From Octopus vulgaris (lineage: Eukaryota), in the NCBI GenBank assembly GCA_951406725.2, contig OX597819.1, positions 109,678,001 to 109,742,000 of the forward strand: a DNA stretch of 64,000 bases, given 5' to 3'. Below the pieces are notes generated by a model, which saw nothing but the letters and a program-made list of their open reading frames with translations, was not told the DNA's origin and searched no databases. Shown here one piece after another: positions 1-13,274 of the stretch. The translations under genes were made by a program, and so were the position numbers. The first letter of the stretch is position 1, and the number at the start of each line of letters is the position of its first letter.

Positions 1-425
1 GTATGTGTGTATGAGTGTATGAGTGTTTGTATGTATGAATGTATGTATGTATGTATGTATGTATGTATGTATGTATGTATGTATGTATGTATGTATGTAT
101 GTATGTGTATATATATATGCACGTGGGTATGTATGTTAGTATGTATGTATGTATGTATGTATGTATGAGTGCTTGTATGAGTGTATGCATGCATGTATGT
201 ATGTATGTATGTATGTACGTGTGTGTTTGTATGTATGCATGTATGTGTGTGTTTGTATGTATGTATGTATGTATGTATACATATATGTGTTTGTGTACGT
301 CAGAGAGAAGTAGAAAAGGAGAGAGAAAGGGAGAGACACACACACAAACAGAGAGAGAGAGTATGCGAGGGAGTGGTAGGGAGAGAGAGGGAGAGGGAGA
401 GGGAGAGAGAGAATGTGAGAGGGAG

Positions 426-456
<31 letters not shown>

Positions 457-595
457 GTGAGAGAGAAAGAAAGAGAGAGAGAGAGAACAGAAAGCAAAGA
501 AAAATGAATAGAAACAAACAAAAAAAATATCTGAAATGAAACGAAAAGAAATAAAATAAAATAAAATAAAATAAAATAAAAATCAAACAAAAACT

Positions 596-629
<34 letters not shown>

Positions 630-739
630 ACACAGCATCTAAGAAAGATCCCAGCTCGAAAAGAAGCCAAAACAGAACAATGGAAATCAATAAGGAAGAG
701 TCGATTGCACGGCCGTACACCCACCCTCACATTCATACA

Positions 740-786
<47 letters not shown>

Positions 787-870
787 TACACGCATACACA
801 CACCAACACATATACACACACCGACACACATACATACATTCACAGACACATGTCCACATATCAGCAACAT
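1..870. repeat. Compound microsatellite block: (ATGT)n, (GA)n, (AAAAT)n, (AAC)n, (CA)n
   Basis: Directly visible tandem repeats. Representative of dozens of similar blocks across the window, e.g. 9200-9900, 13800-14400, 19250-20800, 37610-37720, 42730-42940, 45810-46260, 57640-57820. Confidence 0.97.
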
Positions 871-883
871 TTTACTACTTAGC

Positions 884-1160
884 GTGAGGGGTTCTCTGTG
901 GTCGCTCCACCAGTCAGAAATAACAGCCAAATTACCCTCGCAGCTATATATATCTATCATAATTTCATCTTACCATGTTCCCCGAGGGCCCCCTATACGA
1001 TTGCTAGACAAACTAGAAATAATAATCCAGTCTCTTTCAAATTACACCGACCACCTTAAGAAAAAGAAAAAAAAATATATATAGATATAGGGTGGTTGAA
1101 ATAAGGATGGGATGGTCATGCCTAGAACGTCTTCTTATCATAGATCAACCGCCCTGATAT
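884..1160 (+). mobile_element. Diverged copy of dispersed SINE-like family E (motifs ctagaaatagcagccaaat ... ggatggtca ... (AAC)n tail)
   Basis: The same motifs recur at about 25800-25890(-), 27255-27490(-), 27580-27830(+), 28075-28295(+), 35265-35480(-) and 39450-39672(-). Confidence 0.55.
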
Positions 1161-1447
1161 GAAACTTTTATAACAAAGAAGTGATACTCATACACTTACA
1201 CAACTCCCCACACATACACATGTATACATACATACGCTTTCATTCTGCCCCTCCTCTCTCTCTCTCTCTCACACACACAGGCGCACACAAGCACACACAC
1301 ACAGGCGCACACACGCACACACACACAGGCGCACACACGCACACACACAGGCGCACACACGCACACTCACACACATAAGCATACACATATACTAGTGTAT
1401 TCACAAAACACACACACACAGGCACATACACTTCCATTGTTCTTCAT

Positions 1448-1539
<92 letters not shown>

Positions 1540-1545
1540 TTCCAT

Positions 1546-1577
<32 letters not shown>

Positions 1578-2160
1578 AAGGCGGCGAGCTGGCAGAGACG
1601 TTAGCACGCCGGGTGAAATGCTTAGCAGTATTTAGTCTGTCTTTATGTTCAGAGTTCAAATTCCGTCGAGGTCGACTTTGCCTTTCATCCTTTCGGGATC
1701 GATTAAATAAGTACCAGTTACGCACTGGGGTCGATATAATCGACTTAATCCGTTTGTCTGTCCTTGTTTGTCCTCTCTATGTTTAGCCCCTTGTGGGCAA
1801 TAAAGAAATGAGAAACGTTAGCACGCCGGGCGAAATTTCAAATTCCGCCGAGGTCGACTTTGCCTTTCATCCTTTCGGGGTCGATAAATTAATTACCAGT
1901 TACGAACTGGGGTCGATGTAATCGACTTAATACCTATGTCTGTCCTTGTTTGTCTCTCTGTGTTTAGCCCCTTGTGGGTAATAAAGAAATAGGTATTTCG
2001 TCTGTCTTTATGTTCTGAGTTCAAATTCCGCCGAGGTCGACTTTGCCTTTCATCCTTTCGGGGTCGATAAATTAAGTACCAGTTGCGTACTGGGATTGAT
2101 CTAATTGACTGCCCCACCTCCTCAAGAATTTCGGGTCTTTGTGCCTAGAGTAGAAAAGAT

Positions 2161-2161
<1 letters not shown>
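1578..2161 (+). mobile_element. tRNA-derived SINE family A, trimeric array (head + tail1, tail1, tail2)
   Basis: Head aaggcggcgagctggcagagacgttagc with A-box-like tggcaga and B box gagttcaaattc. The body cctttcatcctttcggggtcgataaa is repeated three times. Confidence 0.9.
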
Positions 2162-2195
<34 letters not shown>

Positions 2196-2796
2196 TACAC
2201 ACACACACAAGCACATATACAGACACATCTAAAAAGTAACATATCCAAGATGATGGAATACGAAACTGTAAGTACGTCGGACCAGATATCTGGCAGTATT
2301 TGTTCCGGCTCTTTACGTTCCGAGTTCAAATCCTGCTAAAGTCCTAACACCTATCCGGCCCTTGGATGTTTTTAGCGGAGTCCACATTATTGCAAACGCG
2401 TCTGTTTGTGTGTGTGTGTGTGTGCACGTGTGTGTGTGTGTGTGTGTGTGCACGTGTGTGTGTGTGTGCGTGTGTGCACGTTTGTGTGTGCGTGTGTGCA
2501 CGTGTGTGTGTGCGCGTGTGATTGTGTGTGAGAGAGAATGAATGATAACGGCAGTGTGTATATGAATGTGGAGGTGCAGGTGTTCGTGTGTGTCTTCCGC
2601 CTCCTTGTTATATAAGTTTCACATCAGGCCTGACTGAATAGATCTATACTAAAAAGACGTTCTAGATACGACCACCCCATCCCGTTAAGGGTCATGGTCG
2701 CTGGCCTTTCCCCTACTAACAATGAAATATCATGAAGTACATTATACCTTCCCTTACTTGCCGAGTCAACCTGTTTGGTCACATTCACATATATGT

Positions 2797-2864
<68 letters not shown>

Positions 2865-3649
2865 CACTTATTCTCACACACGTACACTCATCTTCCTACG
2901 TCCGATTCTCTCACCAAGTCTACACATATATACACCAATACAAACACAAACATTCTGTTATATTGTATTATTCTCACTTTCCCTATATCTCCACCTCTAT
3001 TTATCACTACCTCTCTCTTTCTCTGTCTCCCTCCCTCTGTTTTTCTCTCTCCTCTTCTCTGTCTCTTTCCCCTTCTGCTTCTCCTTCTCTCTATCTACTC
3101 GTCTTTCCCTCCCCAACCGCCACCACCACTTTCTCGTGTGTTACTCCTTCACTTTCCCGTCTTCCCCTTCAACTTTACTAAAACTGCACACGGCACTAAC
3201 GTTGAGGGCGACCTTGCTCTACTTGCTTGGATCAATAGATTCTTCTATAGAAGGTTGAAACTTACAACTTCCTTCCTCGCATGTCTGTAATACCCCTCCC
3301 ATCTCACATAAACACACATACACACAAACATACACACACACACACACATACACATACACACATACAAGTGTACACAGAGATAGATGTGCATATGCATCGT
3401 ACACATACGGGACACGCAAGCTGACACATCAATATACGCATACTGCAACACCCCCACCTATCATACACGTATTCTAAAATGTATAAAAATAGCTCAAACG
3501 GAATGACACGTTGAAGGGAAAAAAATCAAGGTGCATACATCAAAATAACGTCAACACAGTGACAAAAATATATAAAGAATACGATGTGGATTTGATCGAC
3601 CCAGCAAATGACTGGTAGTCTATTCTATCGATTGCAGAAGAAATAATAA

Positions 3650-3830
3650 TTATAATTGTTTCAAATTTTGGCATAGGCTAGCAATTTTGAGGGGAGGGGG
3701 TTTAAATCGATTACATCGACACAAGTGCACAGCTGGTTACATATTTTATCGATCCCGAAACAAATAAAAGGTGAAGTCGACCTCGGTGGCATTCATACAC
3801 AAAACGTAAAGAGATGAAAGAAATGCCGCC
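3650..3830 (-). mobile_element. Diverged SINE family A copy
   Basis: Reverse complement of the family A body and tail2 (aaatcgattacatcgac...agtcgacctcggtgg). Confidence 0.7.
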
Positions 3831-4195
3831 GTCCATTTTAAATATAGAAGCAAAGTGCAGGTGACCTCAAATTGCAGGACCTGGTTCCGGTTTTCAGCAT
3901 ATTTACAAGTTTAGTTCACTTAACGCCTCTTTCTTCTTTTATGGACAATAATATATCCCACTGCCTGCCTGCCTGCCTGCCTCTGCCTATTTGAAATGCA
4001 TTGTATAACTTCGACAGTGAACGTATACAAGTTGGCTGGTTGACCAAGAGGGAAAACTCATCTTGTATGTGTCAGCCTTAATTTTTGAATGTTTCGCCGA
4101 CGACTTTCTTCTGGCGCCATCATTGCAAAAAACCATAATTTATCTTTATTTCACTATATTGGTCAAAGGTCAATATAATGACATTTGACAAATTG

Positions 4196-4742
4196 CTTCT
4201 TCTTCTTCTTCTTCTTCTTCTTCTTCTTCTTCTTCTTCTTCTTCTTCTTCTTCTTCTTCTTCTTCTTCTTCTTCTTCTGCTTCTTCCAATCAGCACTCAC
4301 GCCATTAGCCACAATGAAGAATCTCTTAGTCGAACCTACTCTAAGCTACTAAGAATGCGTTTGGCAACTTGAAGATCCACCCACCACACGTGATAGACTG
4401 GCGGTTGCACGGGCGCGAAAGCTACGTTGTTATCTTCATTCCGTAAACGATGGCTTTTAACGGGTGGAGAGCTGAACCATCCCGGGGTACAGAGGATTCG
4501 CAATCTAGACTAGGGTCTGAAAGTTTACCACACCATAGTGGGTTACACAAAGTAGGAAGAAAGAGCGAGATAAAGTTGACGTGAAAGAGTTCAGTGGGGT
4601 TCACCACCCACCTCGCCGGAGCATCGTGGAGCTTAGGTGTTTTTGCCCAATAAACATTCACAATGCCCAGTCTGGGAATCGAATCCACGTTCTTACGACC
4701 GCGAGTCCGCTACCCTAACCACTAGGCCATTGTGCCTCCACC
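4196..4742 (-). mobile_element. tRNA-derived SINE family C with (AAG)n tail
   Basis: Minus-strand 5' end ggtggaggcacaatggcctagtggttaggg (A box) ... ggattcgattccc (B box). The (CTT)n run at 4196-4285 is the probable 3' tail. Confidence 0.75.
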
Positions 4743-4764
4743 GCTGCTGCTGGTGCTGCTGCTG

Positions 4765-4818
<54 letters not shown>

Positions 4819-4835
4819 ATAATAATAATAATAAT

Positions 4836-5302
4836 AAAAGATGGGCTACAGCTAATATTCTGCTCAATACCACAGATTTGCCTTTCAGTTGTTTGACCAT
4901 AACCAGTTGAGCATGTCTCTTAGTGGCTGACGATATGTGCATCTCTGATCACGAGCAGAAGTAGTGGGGGAGCATCATAGCCATGTGTTGAGAGGGATTC
5001 TTTGGGGTTTGAATAATTCACCTCTGGAAACATGGGTGTTTCGTTCAACATCCTTAAACAACCCTTATTCAGGGACCTTTGAGCGGGATGGGTTACTCGA
5101 CCAGAAGAAAATTCTAACTGGGCCCCACCTGCTAGGTCATGTGTTGTTTATCTTGATATGAGATCACCATGTCGCGCACATATGGTTGTGATGCATGCAC
5201 CTATCAGATATCCCTTATCTGACGGGTAGTCATGATGGGTATACTGGGCTTCGTGTATTTTACCCCAGTGTCACTTTGATAGCATGCACTGCTCTCTCAC
5301 TC
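4836..5302 (+). mobile_element. Dispersed repeat family D, 5'-truncated, flanked by (AAT)n
   Basis: Highly similar to 17660-18127 and ends ...gctctctcactc(aat)n in both copies. Confidence 0.85.
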
Positions 5303-5370
<68 letters not shown>

Positions 5371-5480
5371 CAACAACAATAATAATAGTAATAATAATAA
5401 TTTATGCTATAATGGAGAAAGCTGCTCATTAATTAGGTATGTAACAATTATTAAAAGTACCAAAAGAAAGCAATATTAAA

Positions 5481-7151
5481 AGTTTGACCGTCTGGAAATA
5501 TTTTCACAAATTCATGTTCTAAGAAATTACCTATAATTTTGATTTCTCAGGTTTATTGAAATTTTTTAAACTCCAAATTCTCGCAAATTTAAATATTCAT
5601 TGCATTCACCGCAGAGTAGAATTTAATGTTTAATAATAAACCATATTAATTCGTTGTAGGCAACATTTTACATTTTTATTTGCAACAGTCTCTCATTCTC
5701 GCTCGCCTCTATTTTCATTAATGATAACTTAATAATAGCCATATAACTTTGACATGAGACACAATTTCAAGAATATTATCAGTTTCCGAAGTTTGTTGAA
5801 AGAATATTTTTTGATAAAATGAAAAATTTTTAATATACCAGTATAATTTTAAAGTGATTTTGTGTTGAATGAATGCATGCTATTACACCAAATAGCTGTA
5901 TAACTTTGGTACGAGGCACAATTTCCAGAATATTATCACTTTCTGGAGTTTGTTAAATGAATATTTTTTGATAAAATAAAAATTCCTTAACATATCGGTA
6001 TAATTTTTTTTTCAATTGAAGAACTGATTTTGTTGGTAAGGCTACTTGGAACGCTATAACCCATACAATAGTAACTATGTGATCGTTGCTATTTCTAGCA
6101 CGCTAAGCAAAATAGTTTTTAACGAGCTTTCATTTATATATAATATGCGACTGAAAAAGAAAATTTAGCAGCACAGGCACAACGGTAGAAAGACGGGCAA
6201 CTGAATCAGATGAAATCAGGGCAAAGTGACTGAAACAGATACATGAATATGCACAGAGACGTAGACATGATTCTGTTTCCGCTACACATGACTGGTTAGG
6301 GTGTCTCGAGAGGAGAATATTCTACTTCAAAATAATGGCGTCAGATCACAAATTGTTAATGCAACACTAAAGAGATATTTTCTTTGCGATCATGTGAAAG
6401 TAGTGGAGTTGACAACCAATCTAAAACTCTTGAGGTAGGAAATGAAGAAAAAACGATGCATAATGATTCTGAGATATTTAGATGCTACTAATGGACATTG
6501 AAATGGCACACACAACATCATTGTCAGTTTACATGATCATGTTATTGAGGCTGAGGTTGCTTCTGGTCCTTGTGCAGGATCAACTCTGCTAATCCCAAGA
6601 ATACCACATGTATCTCAAGAAATGGAATTTCCATTTCCATTTACACGCAAACAATTTCCTGTCAAGGCAGCTTTTGTCTTGACGTGCAACAAGGCACAGG
6701 GACAGACTTTTGAACAAAATGAAATATATCTTTCGATGCAATTCTTCTCACATGGACAGCTGTATGTTGCATTATCTAGAGTTATTGGGGACATCAAGGA
6801 TCTTGAGATTGGTTCTTGAGTGTTAAGTATCGTGGAAAGAGACACAGTGAGACCTTTGACAACAGGTTGCTATCCACTGTTACAGAACTCAGCGGAGCAA
6901 GTGAAATCGAGAACTCTGAGAAGTAAAATGGAAATAATAACAATAATTAGTAATAAACAACAGATGAATATCGGTCGGTAACAATAATGAGTATTTAGTC
7001 GTTCAATGAATAAGGTATCTGGTTATTGAATTAGCTCTTAAATGTGTGAATATTTCACACGCATGAAGTATTAACGGAATTCTCAGGCGGAATCAGAGAG
7101 ACAATTTGTGAGAAAAACTGGACCGTCAAACTGTGGGTACAGTCCACACAG
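5481..7151 (+). mobile_element. Decayed Helitron-superfamily element
   Basis: Contains a PIF1 helicase remnant and a ~157-bp internal direct repeat (5734-5850 / 5891-6007). Imperfect short inverted repeat at 5481-5495 / 7118-7132 and a 3' hairpin at 7131-7151. Boundaries are tentative. Confidence 0.55.
6340..6819 (+). pseudogene. Helitron PIF1-like (SF1B) helicase C-terminal fragment, disrupted
   Basis: In-frame DATNGH*NGT...VIEAEVASGPCAGSTLLIPRIP...FPFTRKQFPVKAAFVLTCNKAQGQT...FSHGQLYVALSRV, matching the Helitron helicase motifs RxQFPV, NKxQGQT and FSHGQLYVAxSRV. Contains an internal stop. Confidence 0.9.
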
Positions 7152-7870
7152 GCTTCCGGTTACCAAATTTTCGTTGCCACGCAGTGGGACTGAACCCACG
7201 AGTTTGTGATTGTGAAGCGAACTACATAGTCAGTCGACCATGTGTATATATGCACACATATACATGTATATTTGTAGTATGTACGCACATATATATATGT
7301 GCATGTATTTGATTCTGTGTCTGCGAATAGCTAATATAGGATGTATGTATGTATGTATGTATGTATGTATGTATGTATGTATGTATGTATGCATGTATGT
7401 ACGTGTAGTAGCGTATATTTATATGTGTTTCTAAGTAGAAGTAAAGTGTATGAGAAACAGAGCGTCAACCAATTTAGACGTTGGTCATTTGATAGGTCAA
7501 AGTCATTTACTTAGGGGAATGGCGATGTCCAAAACAGCAAGTTGCCAAACCGGTTTATGATAATCATAAATCAAAGGTCAAGTGACCATTAGTTTATGAT
7601 TATGGACCGAAGCCACGATATTAGCTATATATTACCCAAAGGGATTATTGTTACTCTACATCTCTTATTGAACATACATTTAACCATACCGTCTTTTTGT
7701 CTTCTTAATGTCAGACCACTTTATCGAATGCGTAATTCATATATTTAAGACAGTAGAGAACGCCGTTGTAATGTGTTTTGAAGAAAAATTTCTGGTATCG
7801 ACTCAGCCTAGGGGTACCACAAGATGGATTATGTATTACTTGGCTATAAGTGGACAAAGCAGTTAAAATA

Positions 7871-7940
7871 ATATCGCCATACAAAAATATCGCCATACAA
7901 AAATATCGCCATACAAAAATATCGCCATACAAAAATATAT
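7871..7940. repeat. 16-bp minisatellite (atatcgccatacaaaa) x4
   Basis: Exact units start at 7871, 7887, 7903 and 7919. Confidence 0.95.
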
Positions 7941-8066
7941 ATTGAGTTCTATGATGAATTATTTCTTGCGAAAAATATCACATTATGATTTATGTATACC
8001 GCACTCACACACACACACACGCGCGCGCGCGCGTGCACATACACGTACAAACATTCACACACACAT

Positions 8067-8122
<56 letters not shown>

Positions 8123-8494
8123 GATTATATACACATACAAAGAGACATGCATGTGTTAGGTGAACTATACAGGATTCTAGCTTACGACTAGAATCCTGTC
8201 ATTGAGTTTCATGACCTTGTCTTTCAACAATCATCAGACAGAACTGCTTTGTGGATCAAATACCTTCAGAAGTCGGTATTCATAATTTTTACTCTAGTTG
8301 TCATTTTGTTGACTTCCTATTTTACTTGCGTTCTGGAAGGTTGTTTACTGAATTCTGCTTTGTGCACGTCAGGGGAAATATAACGAAAAATGAAATAAGG
8401 TAAAATTAAAAACAAAATATAATTTGGAGACGATAATTTTCAAATGGGATGTATTTCAAAGACAAGAGGCTGAATTTCCTTCTATGTGAACACG

Positions 8495-9010
8495 TTGAGA
8501 ATGTTTCGTTATCTTCTAGTCAGAAAACAACGTAATGTGGTTAGTGTGAAAAGCTAAGCGATGATTAAACTGCGTCTTTTGTTTGCTCTATTATATATCG
8601 CTTTGCTTTGTCGGTAGTAAAGATTTTCTGAGGGTTTACGCTTGTGTATACCGAAGGAAGTCAACTCTAATTTTGATTTTAAGATGGCCTCAGTGAGGAT
8701 AAGTTTAGCTACGACGCACAGGTGACAGTTCACATTCTGCAAGAATGACGCGGCGTTTTCGATGAGTTTCCATTTAATTTTGTCGTTTGTATTCCTTTGG
8801 TTTTTCAGTAAGAAAAAAAAAAAAACAGGCAAATGTTTTCCCTTTTATCAATATTTCTGAATGAGCAAATATGATTATAGACTTTAGATTTAAATGTTCT
8901 CAGTAAATTCGTCGGAGGACTTGTACTTGGATATTTTGATGGTGAAGGCGCTCACCATTAGCTTCGAAATTAATTCTCTTAGCTATCAGCATTTCATTTT
9001 TGCAAATTAC
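8495..9010 (-). pseudogene. Penelope-like element 3' remnant: GIY-YIG endonuclease C-terminus followed by a degenerate hammerhead-like motif
   Basis: Minus translation FKSKVYNHICSFRNIDKRE... then LKNQRNTNDKIKWKLIENAASFLQNVNCHLCVVAKLILTEAILKSKLELTSFGIHKRK, resembling the PLE endonuclease pattern FKxRxxNHxxSF / IKWxI / CxLCxxEK / LNxxxE...HxxK. CTGACTA-gaagataac-GAAAC lies at about 8502-8523. Confidence 0.65.
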
Positions 9011-9345
9011 CTACGCCATAAATGGGTCGTGCTCCTTTCTGCAGATGTATATCTAAGTATATCACTCTACTGGAGACACAGTAGTGTCACTGTTGTGCTG
9101 GTGACGTCTATTGAGACAGGAACATGTATTCAGAGCTATCTTCTTGGCTTCAGAAGGTAGCGCTCCGTCTTTTCCTGTGTGGCTTGTCAACGTGTTTATG
9201 TATGCATGCATGCATGTATGTATGTATGTATGTATGTATGTATGTATGTATGTATGTATGTATGTATGTATGTATGTATGTATGTATGTATGTATGTATA
9301 TGTATGTATGCATGCAGTCATGCATTTACATATTTACATGCATAC

Positions 9346-9386
<41 letters not shown>

Positions 9387-9485
9387 TAAGCGCGTGTGTG
9401 AGTGTATACAGATATAATATATGCTTTTAAAAATATACAAATATACATTGCATAAAGTATATATAAAACTGTATATATATCAAAA

Positions 9486-9700
9486 CACGGAGTAGATGAA
9501 ACAGGGACAACTGAAGAAAGGGAATGTTATTTATGTTGCATGTCTCATTTCTCTGTTTTTTTCGTTGTTCGAAAAAAGTTCGTTTCTATGTTTTTGTTTT
9601 TATGTTTTCGTTTCTCATTGTGTTCAACGTTTTGTTGATGTCCTGTACCCATATATGCATGTATATATACATATGCATGTAGGTATGTACATATAGATAA
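9486..9700. repeat. Dispersed TA-flanked repeat, second copy at about 40110-40410
   Basis: Both copies share gaaacaggg..a(g/a)ctgaagaa(a)ggg.aatgtt ... ttttcgtttctc ... gtcctgt(a/g)cccatatatgcat. Confidence 0.7.
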
Positions 9701-9786
9701 ATATATGCATATATTTATATATTATTTATATTATATTATATATATATATATATATACATACATGCATATATATATATATATACATG

Positions 9787-9823
<37 letters not shown>

Positions 9824-10479
9824 GTGTGTGTGTATATATATGTGCATACATACATAAATACACCATATACATATACCTGCATACATATTCATATACATGA
9901 TTACGCATTAAAGAACTGAAAGGATTTATTCGGCTAAGATAAGAATTAAGCTTTAATCTCAACTAAAAAGTATTCTTTATATTTGATATTTTCTTCATTG
10001 CTTAATATTTATTCTACATAACTCACAGATAATCTTCCAAAAAATCCAAAGAGAAAAACAAAAAAAAAAAAAAAACTATTCCTAATTCTTATAACTCGTT
10101 AGATAACGTTTTCCTTTCTTCAAGCATCTCATATGTGTAATCACTCAAAAATAACGAATGAGAGAAAAAAAAAAAATACTACTTTAGAATTATTTGAAAT
10201 CTTTTTAATTTAACTCTAAATTTTAAATCCTACAAAGATACACCGATGGAAAATAGATTTCAAAAGCTGATAGTTTGAATGTGGGAGGAAAATAAAACTC
10301 ATATCTGGGAATAATAGATCATGTTGCTATTGATTTCTTACTGAAATATGAGGCTTTACACTTTCTGTGTAACGCCCTGCACTTACTTTGAACGGAAACT
10401 AAATTCCATTCATATCCCTTTGACACTGCATGACATATATATATAGCAAGGGCTGCTGAATCATCGGCAAGGGCTGCTG

Positions 10480-10902
10480 ACGAAGCTCCACGGCACTTCC
10501 TGAAGCCAAAGTTTCATTAAAAGAATTTCATGGTGATTGTTTGGTGGTCTGCGGCCGGTCTCATTTATCACAGCTTTTTGGATCCAGGCGAAACCATTAC
10601 GGCAGAGAAGTACAGTTAGTAAATGGATGAAATACATAAGAAACTCCGACAACAGCCAGCATTGGTCAATAGAAAAGGACCAATTCTTCTCCACGACAAT
10701 GCTCGACCGCACGTCGCACAACTGACCCTGCAGAAGTTGAACGAATTGGGCTACGGAACTCTGTCTCATCCGCCATACACACCAGACATCTCGCCTACCA
10801 ACTACGACTTTTCAAGCATCATGACAATTTTCTGCGTGAGAAATGCTTCAAAAATCAAGACGATGCCAAACACGTCTTCAACGGCTTCATCGCCACGACA
10901 AC

Positions 10903-10907
<5 letters not shown>
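10480..10907 (+). pseudogene. Mariner (Hsmar1/SETMAR-like) transposase catalytic-domain fragment with right TIR remnant
   Basis: MVIVWWSAAGLIY.SFLDPGETITAEKY ... [51 protein letters not shown], with the HDNARPH and HPPYSPDL-like motifs. Frameshifted; ends gacaacctaata. Confidence 0.93.
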
Positions 10908-10954
<47 letters not shown>

Positions 10955-10962
10955 TTGTCAAG

Positions 10963-11012
<50 letters not shown>

Positions 11013-11039
11013 GTAAATATACATACATGCATACAGAGA

Positions 11040-11216
11040 CACACACATATATATACGACGGGCTTCTTTCAGTTTCCATCTACCAAATCCACTTACAAGG
11101 CTTTGGTCGGTCCGAAGCTATAGTAGAAGACATTTCCCCAAGATGCCACGCAGTGGGACTGAACCTGGAACCATGTGGTTGGTAAGCAAGCTACTTACCA
11201 CACAGCCACTCCTGCG

Positions 11217-11217
<1 letters not shown>
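11040..11217 (-). mobile_element. tRNA/CORE-type SINE family B, 5' half
   Basis: Minus strand gcgcaggagtggctgtgtggtaag (A box) ... ggttcagtccc (B-box-like) ... ggcatcttgggaaatgtctt (CORE-like). Confidence 0.85.
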
Positions 11218-11277
<60 letters not shown>

Positions 11278-11329
11278 TATATGTTCATTCAACCACACAC
11301 ATACTTTTACATATATGTGCACAGACCCG

Positions 11330-11394
<65 letters not shown>

Positions 11395-11896
11395 ATAGAA
11401 ATTCTGGATATAACAATAACAGCAGCAGCCGCAACAACAACGACGACGACAACAACAATAATTATTACTACCACTACTACTGCAACTGCTGCTGCTGTTG
11501 CTGCTGCTACTACGGCTGCTGTTGCTGCTACTCAACCGCATTATCGATCATCCAAGGAGAATATTAAAAAATAAAAAAAAATAAGTACCACATATATATT
11601 TCCATATTTCAATGAAAATTCTTCGGAATGAAAAAAATCCATTCCTCTTGTGACTGTTGCATCTGTGTTTATGTGTGTGTGTGTGTGTATGTGTGTGTGT
11701 GTGTATGTATGTGTACGTCTGTGTACGTGTTTACGTGTGAGAGCATGTATATGAGGCAAGTGTATTATGTATGTGTGCGTGTGTATATATGTATATATAT
11801 ATATATGGCGGTGCCCCAGCATGGCCACAGCTCGTGAGCTGAAACTAGATAAAAAAAATATATATATATGTATATATATATATATTTTTTTTTTAA

Positions 11897-11935
<39 letters not shown>

Positions 11936-11937
<2 letters not shown>

Positions 11938-12120
11938 TTTTATTCTTTTACTTGTTTCAGTCACTTGACTGTGGCCATGCTGAAGCACTGCCTTTAGTCG
12001 AAGGAATTGACCTCAGAATCTACTTTTTGTAAGCCTTAATCTATCGGTCTCTTTTGCCGAACCACTAAGTTTCGGGAACGTAAACACACCAATGTCGGTT
12101 GTCAAGCGATGGCTGACACA
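11936..12120 (-). mobile_element. SINE family B, 3' half
   Basis: ttttacttgtttcagtca...gccgaacc.ctaag...gttgtcaagcgat, as in the full-length copies. Confidence 0.85.
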
Positions 12121-12155
12121 CACACACACACACACACACACAATTATATACAAAT

Positions 12156-12188
<33 letters not shown>

Positions 12189-12189
12189 C

Positions 12190-12394
12190 AGGGGGAGAAT
12201 TCACAAAAAAACAAAACAAAAACAAAAGACGAAGACAGGTGGTGTAGAAGGTGGTGTAGACAACAAACAGATGTATTAGTATAACGCACGGGAAGTGAAA
12301 AAGTCCTTAACGTTTCGAGCCTGCACTCTTCCACAGAAAGGCGCACAGAAAGAAACAAGGAGAGAAAATAAAGAATTTGTAGTGGCTAGCGATA

Positions 12395-12395
<1 letters not shown>
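12190..12395 (-). mobile_element. TA-flanked Penelope-pLTR-like repeat carrying a variant hammerhead (copy 1)
   Basis: Homologous to 41442-41630 and 50298-50450. Hammerhead-like motif at 12305-12341 on the minus strand. Confidence 0.7.
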
Positions 12396-12451
<56 letters not shown>

Positions 12452-12452
<1 letters not shown>

Positions 12453-13006
12453 CAGACCCGACAGAAGTAAATAGACATCCCATAAAACATTGTTTTATGT
12501 TTAACTTGAAAAGATTTATGTTTTCTATTAATGAACATTTTTCTGTTTCAGTTTCTGTATATGACTGTTTAATCATGCCACGTACAGAAGAATCCTTGGA
12601 ACAGTCTGAATTTCAAAGAGGCCTTATTGAGGGTCAATCTGAAGGTGGATTTAGCGTAAAATCGCAGAAAACCTTGGGATTCACCAGAGAAGGGGTGGAG
12701 TCTATATCATCTTACCCAGGTCGACCAGGGGACTTTGACCGGACCCTTTGCTTTGTAGATGAAGCATAAAGGATAATCCTCTTTTGAGATTACTGCATGA
12801 AACTTGTCAAGAAATTGCCCGAGAGAATATTCGTTATCTGGTGAGTAGCATGCCTTATAGGATCCTTGCATTGAATAATGCAAAGGGCATGTCTACTAAA
12901 TATTAGATATTCACATTGTTGTAATTAATAAATAATTTGAAATATATAATTTCAGCTTTAAATAAATTGTAATGGTTATAAGGGTGTCTATTGACTTCTG
13001 TCACGC

Positions 13007-13008
<2 letters not shown>
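12452..13008 (+). mobile_element. Internally deleted Tc1-like element with TIRs
   Basis: TIRs ...gacagaagtaaatagacatccc / gggtgtctattgacttctgtc. N-terminal MPRTEESLEQSEFQRGLIEG and C-terminal LVSSMPYRILALNNAKGMSTKY*, typical Tc1 termini. Confidence 0.8.
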
Positions 13009-13062
<54 letters not shown>

Positions 13063-13082
13063 ACACACACACATATATATAT

Positions 13083-13244
13083 ATACGACTTCTTTCAGTT
13101 TTCGTCTGCCAAATCCGCTCACAAGGCTTTGGTCGACCCGAGGCTATAGTAGAAGACACTTGCCCAAGGTGTCACACAGTGGGATTGAACCCGGTATCAT
13201 GTGATTGGGAAGCAAGCATCTTACCACACAGCCACGCCTGCACC
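13083..13244 (-). mobile_element. SINE family B, 5' half
   Basis: cttctttcagtttt...gaggctatagtagaagacacttgcccaagg...cttaccacacagccacgcctgcacct. Confidence 0.85.
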
Positions 13245-13274
13245 TATGTATATGTATATATACATATATATTCT

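Noticed and set aside
4660-4742. tRNA-like sequence with A and B boxes (also the heads of SINE families A and B)
   Set aside because: No complete cloverleaf, and it continues into a SINE body and tail; a SINE head, not a tRNA gene.
6622-6819. Cellular PIF1 gene exon
   Set aside because: In-frame stop upstream, deletions, no splice structure, and Helitron-type motif wording.
10623-11123. SETMAR-like host gene
   Set aside because: Frameshifted transposase fragment with no SET domain, running into (AT)n.
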